Assembly (NCBI GenBank): GCA_944325575.1
Contig: CALVAR010000009.1
Location: 7,761 to 71,760 of the forward strand
DNA: 64,000 nucleotides
From: Candidatus Gastranaerophilales bacterium
GTDB lineage: Bacteria > Cyanobacteriota > Vampirovibrionia > Gastranaerophilales > Gastranaerophilaceae
Direction of reading: 5' to 3'
Within the stretch, counting starts at the first letter, position 1, and each line of letters opens with the position of its first letter. This document shows, in pieces, positions 49,490 through 59,433 of this stretch. The notes beneath the pieces were generated by a model. That model did no database searches. It saw only the letters and a program-made list of their open reading frames with translations, and was not told where the DNA came from. The translations under genes and the position numbers were made by a program.

Positions 49490-51697
49490 TTATTCCTTAT
49501 ATTCTAAAATTTCTTTCAGATTTTTTATTGACGTTTGATAAAGGCTGTCCGAATAATTTTTTAAACTATTTTGCATCATATTGTAGTCATTAGCCGGCAT
49601 ATCTATGGCTTTTTTCAACACCTCAGTAAAATCACTATTCTTTTCATAAATTATGCTGTTTTCATCGTTAAATCCGTGTAAGGTCGCAAATTTTTTGTTT
49701 ATTAAACAAGGCTTTGCAAATCCATAAATAAGTTGAAACGAACCAGATGTTCCTGTTGTAATATACCTGTCGTGTTCGGGATTGTCCGGGTCTAGCAAAG
49801 CTAGGAAAAAGTCTGCTTTTTCAAGCTCTTTATACATTTGCTGATAATCTAATCTCCCCTTAAAATCGATAAACGGTCTGATATTCTCCGGAATTGAGTT
49901 CAAGGTACCAGTTCTGGCAATTACTGTTATTTTAAAGTTAGTAATACCTTGTTGTAATAGCTCTCCGACTGAATCTAACAACAAGTTATGATTTTTTCTT
50001 TTATCTTCAATATTGCCAATTACAATAAAATTTGTAATATCATTTTTTCCAGTTATTGCTATATCTCCAAAATAGTGAGAATTTACAACTTTGTATTTAT
50101 CACTGTTCGTTATTGGTAAATTTGCTATTAGTAAATTTCTATAAGAATTATTTCTAAAAGTTCCGGGTCTGTGGTTCATTAAAATCAGTTTATCTTTAAA
50201 TTTTTCCAGCTCTAAATAATTACTTATTGGTATTAATTTTTTAGTTATCGGATCACCGATATATTCTGTATTTATATATATATATTTATATGCTTTAATA
50301 TAATCTGTTTTAAAAAAGTGCCACATTATGTGTGCTGGCATATGATAAACATCTGTTTTTGCATTGTTAAAATTATCAAAAAGTCCCAGCTTATATTCCG
50401 ATTCAGTTATAATGACATCAGTATGGAAACCTAAATCAATAAAATATTTTGCAATTCCGGGCAAAACTTCTCCATGATAATTATTAGGTTCTATAAGTAA
50501 AACAGTATTATCTTTAATGTTTTGATTTATATATTGTTTTAATATTGCTCTTTCTTGCTTTTTAAGAGGTTTTATAAATTTGAATTTTTTGCAACTAATT
50601 GTTAGAATTTTGTAAATGTCTATATTTTCAACAGTAAAAATATTTTTTAATAAATTATTTTTTCTTAGTTTAATCTTTATACCAAAGATTGTTATAATTT
50701 TATGTCGTTTATCATAAGAATTTTTTATTGAAAAAATTTTTTCAATAAAAGACATCGAAGTTTTTTCCGTATTATTTAGAATTCGGCTACAAGAATCCTT
50801 AATACCCGATAATAAAAATTCTTGATTATATCTTTCTTCGTTAAATATCTTTTTTATCTCTTTTTTGTATGTTTTTATAAATTTTTCTCTTCCGATTTGA
50901 TCTAACCTATTATAATTCCAGGTATATTTATCAATCTTTAATGCATTAACAATGAGCATTTTTTCTGGATCTGAAGCATATCTATTTTCTAGTTCATGTA
51001 TTTCATCACACACACAAAATATCTTATTATTGCTTTTCACTGAGGAATTAGTATTATTTGTTCTATAATGATAAAATGCATTCTCTAAATACATAACTTT
51101 TTGGGCAGAAAATATAGTTTTAATTCCAAAACTGGTATCTTGAAAAGATGCTCCCGGAGTTTCTAAAAATCTAATTTTATTTTGTTTTAAAAATTCTATT
51201 TTGTATATTGACGCCCAAATACTCAATGCGCCTCTAAATGTTTTGACATAATTATTAGGATTTATTACTTTTTCATAAATTTCTATTTTGTTAAAAGTTT
51301 CACAAAATTCATTTGTAATATTTGGGGTATCAGAATATCTATAATAATTTCCCTTTATAAAATCTAAATCAAACTCTTTAGCTTTATTATAAAGAGTTTC
51401 ATACATATTAAGCTCAATATAGTCATCTGGTTCAACTATACCTAAATATTCACCTGTAGCACTATCGATACCCGTGTTCATTGAATGACCGTAGCCAGAA
51501 TTAGGCTTATCTATAATTTTTATTCTTGCATCTTTGGACGCATATTCTTTTAAGATTTCAAGTGAATTATCTGTAGAACCGTCATTAACACAAATTATCT
51601 CTATATCTTTCAATGTTTGGTTAACAACGCTATCAAGACATTGCCTGAGATATAGCTCTACATTATATACAGGTATTATTACTGAAACCTTTGGCAT
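49490..51697 (-). CDS. Bifunctional glycosyltransferase: N-terminal GT2 (GT-A) + C-terminal GT-B-like domain
   Basis: MPKVSVIIPVYNVELYLRQCLDSVVNQTLKDIEIICVNDGSTDNS and EPDDY (DxD) for GT2. Two copies of the linker motif lie at aa 316-377. The C-terminal ~350 aa has a Rossmann-like alternating pattern (FIVIGNIEDKRKNH.., TTGTSGS). Confidence 0.8.
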   Translation of the reverse strand: MPKVSVIIPVYNVELYLRQCLDSVVNQTLKDIEIICVNDGSTDNSLEILKEYASKDARIKIIDKPNSGYGHSMNTGIDSATGEYLGIVEPDDYIELNMYETLYNKAKEFDLDFIKGNYYRYSDTPNITNEFCETFNKIEIYEKVINPNNYVKTFRGALSIWASIYKIEFLKQNKIRFLETPGASFQDTSFGIKTIFSAQKVMYLENAFYHYRTNNTNSSVKSNNKIFCVCDEIHELENRYASDPEKMLIVNALKIDKYTWNYNRLDQIGREKFIKTYKKEIKKIFNEERYNQEFLLSGIKDSCSRILNNTEKTSMSFIEKIFSIKNSYDKRHKIITIFGIKIKLRKNNLLKNIFTVENIDIYKILTISCKKFKFIKPLKKQERAILKQYINQNIKDNTVLLIEPNNYHGEVLPGIAKYFIDLGFHTDVIITESEYKLGLFDNFNNAKTDVYHMPAHIMWHFFKTDYIKAYKYIYINTEYIGDPITKKLIPISNYLELEKFKDKLILMNHRPGTFRNNSYRNLLIANLPITNSDKYKVVNSHYFGDIAITGKNDITNFIVIGNIEDKRKNHNLLLDSVGELLQQGITNFKITVIARTGTLNSIPENIRPFIDFKGRLDYQQMYKELEKADFFLALLDPDNPEHDRYITTGTSGSFQLIYGFAKPCLINKKFATLHGFNDENSIIYEKNSDFTEVLKKAIDMPANDYNMMQNSLKNYSDSLYQTSIKNLKEILEYKE

Positions 51698-51722
51698 CGT
51701 TTTTCTCCCTATTACAAACTAT

Positions 51723-53594
51723 TTATTTACTCAAAATTTTTACAGCAACCTGCTCATGCGTATAAACATAACCGATATACTCATATCCTAGCCCCTGAAA
51801 ATTTATAAACTCCTGAAAGGCTTTAAATTCGTGTTCTTGCCAATTGGGATAATTAAAATACTCATCAAAAACAATAATTGTACCAGGAACAATTTTCTCC
51901 TTTAAATTATCAAAAATAGTTTTTGTTGAAGAATATAAGTCACAATCAACATGTATAAAAGCACAATTTTCTGAATTATTTTGATTAAATTCTGGCAGCG
52001 TGTCGTTGAACCAACCTTTAATCAGGGTAACATTTTTATTAACAATAGGAAGTTCAGCAACCTTGAATATTCCTTCTTCAAAACCGCTGCGCCAATCTTC
52101 AGGTAAACCTTCAAAACTATCAAAACCATATACTGTTTTATCGCTTACAATATTTGATATATGGTTAATAGTTTTACCGGAATATACGCCAAATTCTAAA
52201 TATAAGCCGCCAATAGTTACCTGCTTAAGTGCATATGTTAACAAATCTAGATTATTTTTAAAATAATGGACTTTAGGCATATTTTGAATTATATAATTTG
52301 CAGTCTCAATACCCGCAACATCAAATAAATGTTTTCTGATATTCTGTATTGGTTCTTCTGTTACATATTTTTTTAATTGTCTAAGCTCCCAATTATTTAT
52401 GTCCAATTTTTGATTTATGCAATCTAATAGATGTTTTTTTGTTTTGAATTTTATTTTCATTCCTAAACATCTTATTACTTTATGTGCTGATTCATTTTTT
52501 ATAGAAAAAATATTTTGAAGGAATTCTTTTAGCATATTATCTCCTCTTTTTATTTTTATCCTTATCCCCCAAACAGTTATAATTTTGTGTTTTCTATCAA
52601 ACGAATTCTTGAGTGAAAAAATTCGTTCAAACCACTTTTTATACATATATTTTTCAAAAGCAATGGTCTTTAACCATTCATAATGATTTTTATCAAAAAA
52701 ATATTCTTCCGGTTTTTCATATATTTTTAATATAGGAAAGGTTTCGCGCTTTAATCTTTTTATTACAGCTTTGCTTGATTCAGGAGAAATAGTATTTATT
52801 TGCCACCTACAAAAATCTACAATTCTGTTAATAAAGCTTTGTTCGAGAATATTATACAAACCCGCTTTTTCTAAATTTCTTTTTAATGCGTTAGTTGCGT
52901 CTATAAAACAAAATGGAGCTTTATCTCTTGTTCTGGATAACTGATTCTGTCTATGTTGTCTGTGAGTAACAAATATTTTATTTATATAAGATACTCTTTG
53001 GGCAAGAGCTAATGCCATAAAAACAAAAAGCATATCATTTGTGCTGCGTAAGTTTTGAAATTTTAAATTGTTTTTTAACACGAATTCTCTTTTGAATAAT
53101 TTATCCCAACTCCAACCAACAGTAAACTGAAAAACATACAAAGGAAAATCTGAGACAGAAAAAACTTTTTTTGATGGTAACAAATCTTTTTTTATAGACG
53201 TATTATCGTATATTTTTTGTAAACGCATATCAAAATCTTGCGAATCACATATACAAATGTCTAAATTATATTTTTTAGCTTCATTTAGCATATTTTCCAG
53301 CATATCCAATTCAAAAAAATCATCGCTGTCTAAAATTGAGAGATATTCTCCTTGCGCAATTTCCAAACCTTTGTTCCTTGCCGCACCGGCACCTTTATGA
53401 TCTTGCTGCAGTACGGTTATTCTGCTGTCTTTTTTAGCATACTCATTGCAGATAGAAAGGCTGGAATCTGTCGAGCCGTCGTCTACAAGTATTATCTCAA
53501 TATCCTTTAATGTCTGATTAACAACGCTGTTCAGACATTCTCGCAGATATTTTTCGACGTTGTAAACAGGTATAATTACTGAGACTTTAGGCAT
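51723..53594 (-). CDS. GT2 glycosyltransferase fused to a TylF/MycF-like O-methyltransferase
   Basis: MPKVSVIIPVYNVEKYLRECLNSVVNQTLKDIEIILVDDGSTDSS and DSDDF for GT2. Two linker motifs lie at aa 321-385. The C-terminal LEFGVYSGKTINHI, GFDSFEGLPEDW and IHVDCDLYSST match the TylF-type methyltransferase pattern. Confidence 0.8.
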   Translation of the reverse strand: MPKVSVIIPVYNVEKYLRECLNSVVNQTLKDIEIILVDDGSTDSSLSICNEYAKKDSRITVLQQDHKGAGAARNKGLEIAQGEYLSILDSDDFFELDMLENMLNEAKKYNLDICICDSQDFDMRLQKIYDNTSIKKDLLPSKKVFSVSDFPLYVFQFTVGWSWDKLFKREFVLKNNLKFQNLRSTNDMLFVFMALALAQRVSYINKIFVTHRQHRQNQLSRTRDKAPFCFIDATNALKRNLEKAGLYNILEQSFINRIVDFCRWQINTISPESSKAVIKRLKRETFPILKIYEKPEEYFFDKNHYEWLKTIAFEKYMYKKWFERIFSLKNSFDRKHKIITVWGIRIKIKRGDNMLKEFLQNIFSIKNESAHKVIRCLGMKIKFKTKKHLLDCINQKLDINNWELRQLKKYVTEEPIQNIRKHLFDVAGIETANYIIQNMPKVHYFKNNLDLLTYALKQVTIGGLYLEFGVYSGKTINHISNIVSDKTVYGFDSFEGLPEDWRSGFEEGIFKVAELPIVNKNVTLIKGWFNDTLPEFNQNNSENCAFIHVDCDLYSSTKTIFDNLKEKIVPGTIIVFDEYFNYPNWQEHEFKAFQEFINFQGLGYEYIGYVYTHEQVAVKILSK

Positions 53595-54657
53595 TGTTGT
53601 TCCTCTTGTATAAATAGTTATTAAAACAGCGTACAGATTTCTCGTGTCTGTTAAATCGAATACTTATAAACTCTTTCCTGTATATAGATAATTTTTCTAT
53701 TATCAAAGCCAAAAGAGGGAAACATATTAAAAGTTTGAAAAATTTTCGTTCTTCATCTTTTATATATTGATTTGTTTCAACAATATCAGACGACATATTG
53801 TTTATCATTTGCTTTATCAAGCTAAATGCATCTTTTAAATCCTTTATCTTTAACATCCCTAGCACAATATGGATATAGGCAATTTCTCTTTTATACAAAC
53901 ACGCCAATACATTGGCATCCTTTATATCCTGTTGAGTCAGCCATTGGTGAATCTCATTGCTTCTTTTAAACGGGATGTTGTAATCCCTCAGCTGCATTGC
54001 TTCTGTAAAATAAAATTTTCTGTATTTATAAAGTGACTCATCAACATAAACAATTCTATCCGCCAAACACATTGTCTGAACCTGAAAAAGGTTGTCAGTC
54101 CAGCTTGCACCTTTATCTGTTAAAAATTTTATATTATGTTTCTTCAAAAAATCTGATTTATAAATACAGCTCCAGATACTGGGATGAAAATACAAGAACT
54201 CGGGATGCTGATAAATGTTAAAAACACCTTGAGGCAATTCAAATTTTTCATTCCAATTTATTTTTCTGAATTCAGGCGGTTGAAAACATTCCAATACTTC
54301 TTCATATTTGCATTTAGCTATTTCTGCGTTGTTTTCATCAGCTGTTTTTACAAGCTTTTCATACATGTCAGGCTCTATGTAATCATCCGTCTCAACAATG
54401 CCGATGTAGTCACCTGTTGCCGCTTCTATTCCTGCGTTTACGGCTTTCCCATATCCGCCGTTTACCTGATGAATCGGTTTTATTCTCGGATCTTTTGCTG
54501 CATATTCATCCATTATTTTTCCGCAGTTGTCAGGAGAGCCGTCATCAACAGGAATTATTTCAATATCCGTCAGCGTTTGATTGATTACGCTTTCTATGCA
54601 TTGTCGAAAATATTTTTCTACATTATATGTCGGCATTATGATTGAAACTTTAGGCAT
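53587..54657 (-). CDS. GT2-family glycosyltransferase
   Basis: MPKVSIIMPTYNVEKYFRQCIESVINQTLTDIEIIPVDDGSPDNC, ETDDY. I prefer the ATG at 54657, which gives the MPKVS N-terminus shared by all GT2 genes in the locus, over the longer ORF to 54729. Confidence 0.8.
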   Translation of the reverse strand: MPKVSIIMPTYNVEKYFRQCIESVINQTLTDIEIIPVDDGSPDNCGKIMDEYAAKDPRIKPIHQVNGGYGKAVNAGIEAATGDYIGIVETDDYIEPDMYEKLVKTADENNAEIAKCKYEEVLECFQPPEFRKINWNEKFELPQGVFNIYQHPEFLYFHPSIWSCIYKSDFLKKHNIKFLTDKGASWTDNLFQVQTMCLADRIVYVDESLYKYRKFYFTEAMQLRDYNIPFKRSNEIHQWLTQQDIKDANVLACLYKREIAYIHIVLGMLKIKDLKDAFSLIKQMINNMSSDIVETNQYIKDEERKFFKLLICFPLLALIIEKLSIYRKEFISIRFNRHEKSVRCFNNYLYKRNNNA

Positions 54658-54740
54658 GTTGAATAACTCTCTAACTCCCTGTGTGATATAAACATACTTT
54701 TTTATAATAATCGTATGTAAACAATACATGAAAGTTTATA

Positions 54741-54780
54741 ATAAAAAAAGAAATATTTATATCAAATATAAATATTTCTT
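54741..54780 (-). terminator. Rho-independent terminator after ugd (minus strand)
   Basis: AGAAATATTTATAT-CAA-ATATAAATATTTCT gives a 14-bp stem, followed on the minus strand by TTTTTTT. Confidence 0.6.
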
Positions 54781-54815
54781 AAGTAAAATTTTTGATTTTT
54801 ATAAATTTTGAGTAT

Positions 54816-56141
54816 CTAACAGCAGGTCAATGGAGCCAGCTGTTTTTTCCCTATAGAGTAGTATTCAAAGCCTCTTTGCGCCAATCTTTTTGCATCATAC
54901 TGATTTCTGCCGTCAAAGATAACCGGCTCTTTGAGCAGTGATTTAATCCTATCAAAATCAGGACGTCTAAATTCATTCCACTCTGTCAGCAAGAGCATGC
55001 AGTCAGCATCCTCTAATGCTGCATACGCTGATTTTGCATAAGTTATTTTATTGCCAAAAATCATTTCTGCACAGTCAAAGGCTTTGGGGTCGTATGCCTG
55101 AACCTTTGCACCTCTTTCCAAAAGTGCATTGATAATAGTAATAGCAGGTGCCTCTCTCATGTCGTTTGTTTTGGGTTTAAAGGCAAGTCCCCATACGCCG
55201 AAAGTCTTTCCTGAGAGATTTTCGCCGAATCTGTTTAATATTTTTCTGATAAAAATCTGACGCTGTTCTTTGTTTACTTCATCAGCGCTTTGGAGCAGCT
55301 TGTAGTCGCACCCATTGTCTTTTGCTGTTTTTAATAATGCCTTCACGTCTTTAGGGAAGCAGCTTCCGCCGTAGCCCAAACCGGGGAACAAGAACTGCGA
55401 GCCGATTCTCTTGTCAGCACACATTCCGATTCTTACCATTTCTGCGTCTGCCCCGACTTTTTCACATATATTTGCTATTTCGTTTGCATAAGAAATCTTT
55501 ACTGCCAAAAACGAATTAGCTGCATATTTTGTCATTTCTGCAGATTTTACATCCATTATGATAACAGGATTGCCTGTTCTCAAAAACGGTGCGTACAGTT
55601 CCTGCATAATTTCTGTTGCGCGCTGGGAGTTTGAGCCTATTACAACTCTGTCAGGCTTCAAAAAGTCGTCAACGGCTGCGCCTTGTTTTAGGAACTCAGG
55701 ATTTGAAACAACGTCAAACTCTTCATTGGTTTGAGATTTAATTATTTCGGTAACTTTTTCCGCAGTGCCGACAGGAACTGTGGATTTGTCAATGATAACT
55801 TTGTATCCGTTTAATGCCTGCCCTATTGATTTTGCAACGTCATAAACATATTGAAGATCAGCAGAACCGTCTTCGCCCTGGGGTGTACCCACAGCAATAA
55901 AGCATACAAGCGATTTTTGCACCGCCATAGCAAGGTTGTCGGTGAAGGTTAAGCGCCCTTCAGAAACATTTACCTTAATCAGCTCATCCAATCCGGGTTC
56001 GTATATAGGAACAATGCCTTTTTCCAGCTTGGCAAGTTTTTCTGTGTCTTTGTCCACACAAATAACGTCGTTTCCCATCTCAGCAAGGCAAGTACCTGCT
56101 ACCAAACCTACATACCCTGTTCCTATAACACAAATTTTCAT
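54816..56141 (-). CDS. ugd: UDP-glucose 6-dehydrogenase
   Basis: MKICVIGTGYVGLV NAD motif, catalytic GGSCFPKD, and LAFKPKTNDMREAP C-terminal domain block. Confidence 0.93.
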   Translation of the reverse strand: MKICVIGTGYVGLVAGTCLAEMGNDVICVDKDTEKLAKLEKGIVPIYEPGLDELIKVNVSEGRLTFTDNLAMAVQKSLVCFIAVGTPQGEDGSADLQYVYDVAKSIGQALNGYKVIIDKSTVPVGTAEKVTEIIKSQTNEEFDVVSNPEFLKQGAAVDDFLKPDRVVIGSNSQRATEIMQELYAPFLRTGNPVIIMDVKSAEMTKYAANSFLAVKISYANEIANICEKVGADAEMVRIGMCADKRIGSQFLFPGLGYGGSCFPKDVKALLKTAKDNGCDYKLLQSADEVNKEQRQIFIRKILNRFGENLSGKTFGVWGLAFKPKTNDMREAPAITIINALLERGAKVQAYDPKAFDCAEMIFGNKITYAKSAYAALEDADCMLLLTEWNEFRRPDFDRIKSLLKEPVIFDGRNQYDAKRLAQRGFEYYSIGKKQLAPLTCC

Positions 56142-56223
56142 TTATTACTCTCCATAATTGTTATTACTCAAATTTTAGCACAAAACTATTTTTTAATAGT
56201 ATGGTTCAATAAATTACAACATA

Positions 56224-56293
56224 CTATGCAAAATTATTGCGTCATCCTGAGGGTGAAACCCGAAGGATCTAAAGAGAGTAAAGTGCAATAAAT
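56224..56293. repeat. Degenerate scar containing pieces of both repeat families
   Basis: TATGCAAAATTATTGCGTCATCCTGAGGGTGAAACCCGAAGGATC resembles the TIR plus first hairpin of the 470-bp element (TATGTAAAAAATGTCATCCTGAGG...). It is followed by AGTGCAATAAAT, half of REP family 2. Confidence 0.5.
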
Positions 56294-56358
56294 ACAGTAT
56301 ACATGATATTTACAAGCAATAAATACTCAAAAGAAATATTACAGACCGAATTATAAAT

Positions 56359-57285
56359 TTATTTCTTTTTTATAAAAATGTTCCCGCCTAAATTGGGCAT
56401 ATTGTCTTCCACATTGATATAATTTAAGTATGTTCCCCAAAATTCAATACTAAACTTATCGTTATACATTAGAAAAGCTCTTAATAAATAATCTTCATTC
56501 CAAGCTCTATTTTCTTTTATCCATTGTGTTGGATATTCAAAGGGATAAAATATATCGTGAAAATGTACAATTACTCCTTTATTAAGTCTGGGTAGTATTT
56601 CAAAAATAATTTTATTTACATCGCTGTTTAATTTGCTAATATGTGTTGAATCAACTATTAATAGATCATTTTCTTCTAAAGTATCGAACAGTTCTAATGA
56701 AACATCCTGTAGTCTTGTTTTTATAAGCTTTATTTCTTTATCCAAATTATCCCCAAAAGTTTCATATAACCTTGTCGGCCATGGTTCAATAGAAGTAATT
56801 TCTACCGTATTATCCATATAGAGTTTGTTTATATCACTTACAAGACTTGTTGAATATCCCGAACCTATTTCAATAATTCGTTTTGGTTTGTAATGCAGTA
56901 TAAAACAATATAATGAAGTTGCACAACCTCGTGGGTATTGACCATTGTCGCAAAAATATTTAAGATTTTCTGTTTTTGTATCATTCCATATGAAATTTTT
57001 AAAATAATTTTTGAATAAATAATATGTTTGAATTTGTTGTTCAGTATTAAGATTAATAGCGGGTAATGGCCGATTTATATCATATTTTTCAAGATGTTCT
57101 GATATATCCATATCAGATGGAACTGGGGAATAAAAATGTCCTTCTTCAAACATGGCAGGATGATTTTGTGTAAAATTTTGTTTTATTAATGTATCTTGTT
57201 TATATTGATTTTGTAGCTTTTTGTGAATAAAGCAGTAAGGTAATATTTTTGAAACTTCTTTACAAATTTTTTTTAATTTATTCAT
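56359..57285 (-). CDS. Class I SAM-dependent methyltransferase (Methyltransf_24-like)
   Basis: RIIEIGSGYSTSL (motif I), LLIVDSTH, VIVHFHDI. Confidence 0.65.
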   Translation of the reverse strand: MNKLKKICKEVSKILPYCFIHKKLQNQYKQDTLIKQNFTQNHPAMFEEGHFYSPVPSDMDISEHLEKYDINRPLPAINLNTEQQIQTYYLFKNYFKNFIWNDTKTENLKYFCDNGQYPRGCATSLYCFILHYKPKRIIEIGSGYSTSLVSDINKLYMDNTVEITSIEPWPTRLYETFGDNLDKEIKLIKTRLQDVSLELFDTLEENDLLIVDSTHISKLNSDVNKIIFEILPRLNKGVIVHFHDIFYPFEYPTQWIKENRAWNEDYLLRAFLMYNDKFSIEFWGTYLNYINVEDNMPNLGGNIFIKKK

Positions 57286-57297
57286 TTTATACCCTTT

Positions 57298-59427
57298 CTA
57301 TATACATTGCGCAATTAAAACTGTTTCCAGAACAATATTTAAGTCCTTTGGCTTTATTATTTTAAATTTATAACCCAAATTTAAATTATCAATTATCGGT
57401 TTAATGTATTTAAAATCCTGAGAATTATGGTATATACTTATTAATAAGTCAGGTCTTTGCGTTTTAATTGTATTCATTGCACCTCTTATAACGCTTTGTT
57501 CAAATCCTTCTACATCAATTTTTATTAAGCCTACTTGAATATTATTTTGGGCAACATAATTATCAAGTGTATCTGTATGTACGGGATATTCGTCAACGGA
57601 TGTAAAAATTGGTAATATTGAAGAATCAGATTCTCCCAAAGAGACATAAAAAGTTATTTCACTGATTTCATCAGATAATGCGTAATTGTTAGCTTTTATA
57701 TTCTTTAAGTTATTAAGTTCTATAGTTTTTAGTAAGCTTGTGTAATTTTTTTTACTCGGCTCAAATGTATGCACGGTAGAATTTGTTAATGGAGATAATA
57801 CGGGCAAAGAATCCCCAATAAATCCACCAATGTCTATAATATCTAAATTTTCATAATATTGTTTTTTAAATTTATTAATACAATGTTTGTTATAATATAC
57901 AGATGGTTCAAATCTATCTAAAGGTAGTAAATATTGGTCATATGCCCATAGTCCATCTGTTATTTTAATAATTTTAGAATAAAATTTTTCATAGAGTTCA
58001 ATAATTAAATTTTTATATTCTTCATTAATTTGTTTAGGTATATCATTGTTGATTTCGTTTATGTAATTAATTATTTCGTTAACTTGGATTATAGAGTCAT
58101 GGTCTAAACCCTTAATTAGATTCTTGTATTCCTGTTCAGTTATTGTAAAATTTTTGAAATAATGTTTTAAAAAAAAGATTTCTTGTAATTTTAATTTTTC
58201 ATATTCTGTTTTTATAAAGTTATCTATGCGACTTAGTTGTTTTGGCTTATCATTTATTGCATTACTTGTTTTAATATATTCTGTTAATCTTTTATTGCTT
58301 TGTTTTATATCCTTAATCTCATCAATAATAAGTTGAATTTTATTTAGAAGAATTGACATTTTATTCTTTATTTTAATTTTAAAAAATAAAAAGGTTAAAA
58401 CTTTATAATCTTTAATATTTTTTATTGAAAATATGTTTTGTAAAAAAGAATTATATAGTTTATTTTCTATATACGCCTCAAGTTTTTTATATTTTTTTGC
58501 TTTTATTAATTTGAGAATATAGAGATCCGGAGTTTTCAAATCATTTAAATGAATGTTATTTAAAATATTGTTGCACAAATTGTAAGCATATTTTCTTTCT
58601 TCTTTATTATTTAAATGGTGATATGTTGCAACAAACTCCCTATTTAATAATTCTAGAATAAATTTATTTTTATTTACTTCTATATTTTGTTGTTTTAAAA
58701 AATTAAAAACATCTAATACCATTAATATACGGTCATATAAAATTTTATTAATACAATGTTTGCTATAAACATTTGATATTATTGAATCCTCTAAAATTCT
58801 ATAATTATAAAGCATTTCTTGGAATCCAAAATATGTTTTTGAACATAACAAATATTTTATGATAAAAGAGGCGTCTTCACAGCTATATAAATTTTCCGGA
58901 AATCTAATTTTATTATTTTCAATGATATCTTTTTTAAATAGCTTTAACCATAAAGCATAATTTATATTGGAAATTAATGCGGAACTTACTTTTTGTAACC
59001 CAAGTATTTTATTAGAAAAATAATGTTCTGTATCTTTTGTTCTTTGTGTTTCAATATCCGAAATTATATTACAATCGCATGATACCAAGTCTGCATCTGT
59101 TTCTTTTACTGCATCTAGCATTTTTTTACACATATCAGCTTCATACCAGTCGTCGCTGTCACAGAACATAATATATTGTCCGTTGGATTCTTCCAGCGCT
59201 TTATTTCTTGCAACTGCAGGTCCTGAATTTTTTTGTAAAAATATTTTTACTCTTGAATCTTTTTGTGCATATTCATCTAAAATTATATGTGAATTATCTG
59301 TTGAACCATCATTTACACATAATACTTCTATATTTTCATAACTTTGATTTATAAGTGAATCTAAGCATTTTCTTAAATACTTTTCTGAATTATATACAGG
59401 TACAATTATAGAAATCATTTCTGACAT
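57298..59427 (-). CDS. GT2 glycosyltransferase fused to an FkbM-family methyltransferase
   Basis: ISIIVPVYNSEKYLRKCLDSLINQSYENIEVLCVNDGSTDNS and DSDDW for GT2. The linker motif lies at aa 327-356. The C-terminal IIDIGGFIGDS, NNYALSDE and LIKIDVEGFEQSVIRGA are FkbM hallmarks. Confidence 0.8.
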   Translation of the reverse strand: MSEMISIIVPVYNSEKYLRKCLDSLINQSYENIEVLCVNDGSTDNSHIILDEYAQKDSRVKIFLQKNSGPAVARNKALEESNGQYIMFCDSDDWYEADMCKKMLDAVKETDADLVSCDCNIISDIETQRTKDTEHYFSNKILGLQKVSSALISNINYALWLKLFKKDIIENNKIRFPENLYSCEDASFIIKYLLCSKTYFGFQEMLYNYRILEDSIISNVYSKHCINKILYDRILMVLDVFNFLKQQNIEVNKNKFILELLNREFVATYHHLNNKEERKYAYNLCNNILNNIHLNDLKTPDLYILKLIKAKKYKKLEAYIENKLYNSFLQNIFSIKNIKDYKVLTFLFFKIKIKNKMSILLNKIQLIIDEIKDIKQSNKRLTEYIKTSNAINDKPKQLSRIDNFIKTEYEKLKLQEIFFLKHYFKNFTITEQEYKNLIKGLDHDSIIQVNEIINYINEINNDIPKQINEEYKNLIIELYEKFYSKIIKITDGLWAYDQYLLPLDRFEPSVYYNKHCINKFKKQYYENLDIIDIGGFIGDSLPVLSPLTNSTVHTFEPSKKNYTSLLKTIELNNLKNIKANNYALSDEISEITFYVSLGESDSSILPIFTSVDEYPVHTDTLDNYVAQNNIQVGLIKIDVEGFEQSVIRGAMNTIKTQRPDLLISIYHNSQDFKYIKPIIDNLNLGYKFKIIKPKDLNIVLETVLIAQCI

Positions 59428-59433
59428 GATTGC

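Noticed and set aside
57746-57753. Homopolymer tracts (T8 here in the GT2-FkbM gene; A9 at 34183-34191 in the NTPase-TPR gene) considered as slipped-strand phase-variation switches
   Set aside because: A/T runs of 7-9 nt are frequent throughout this AT-rich window, including in housekeeping genes and intergenic DNA. No long poly-G/C tract or multi-copy tetra/penta-nucleotide repeat is present in the glycan genes.
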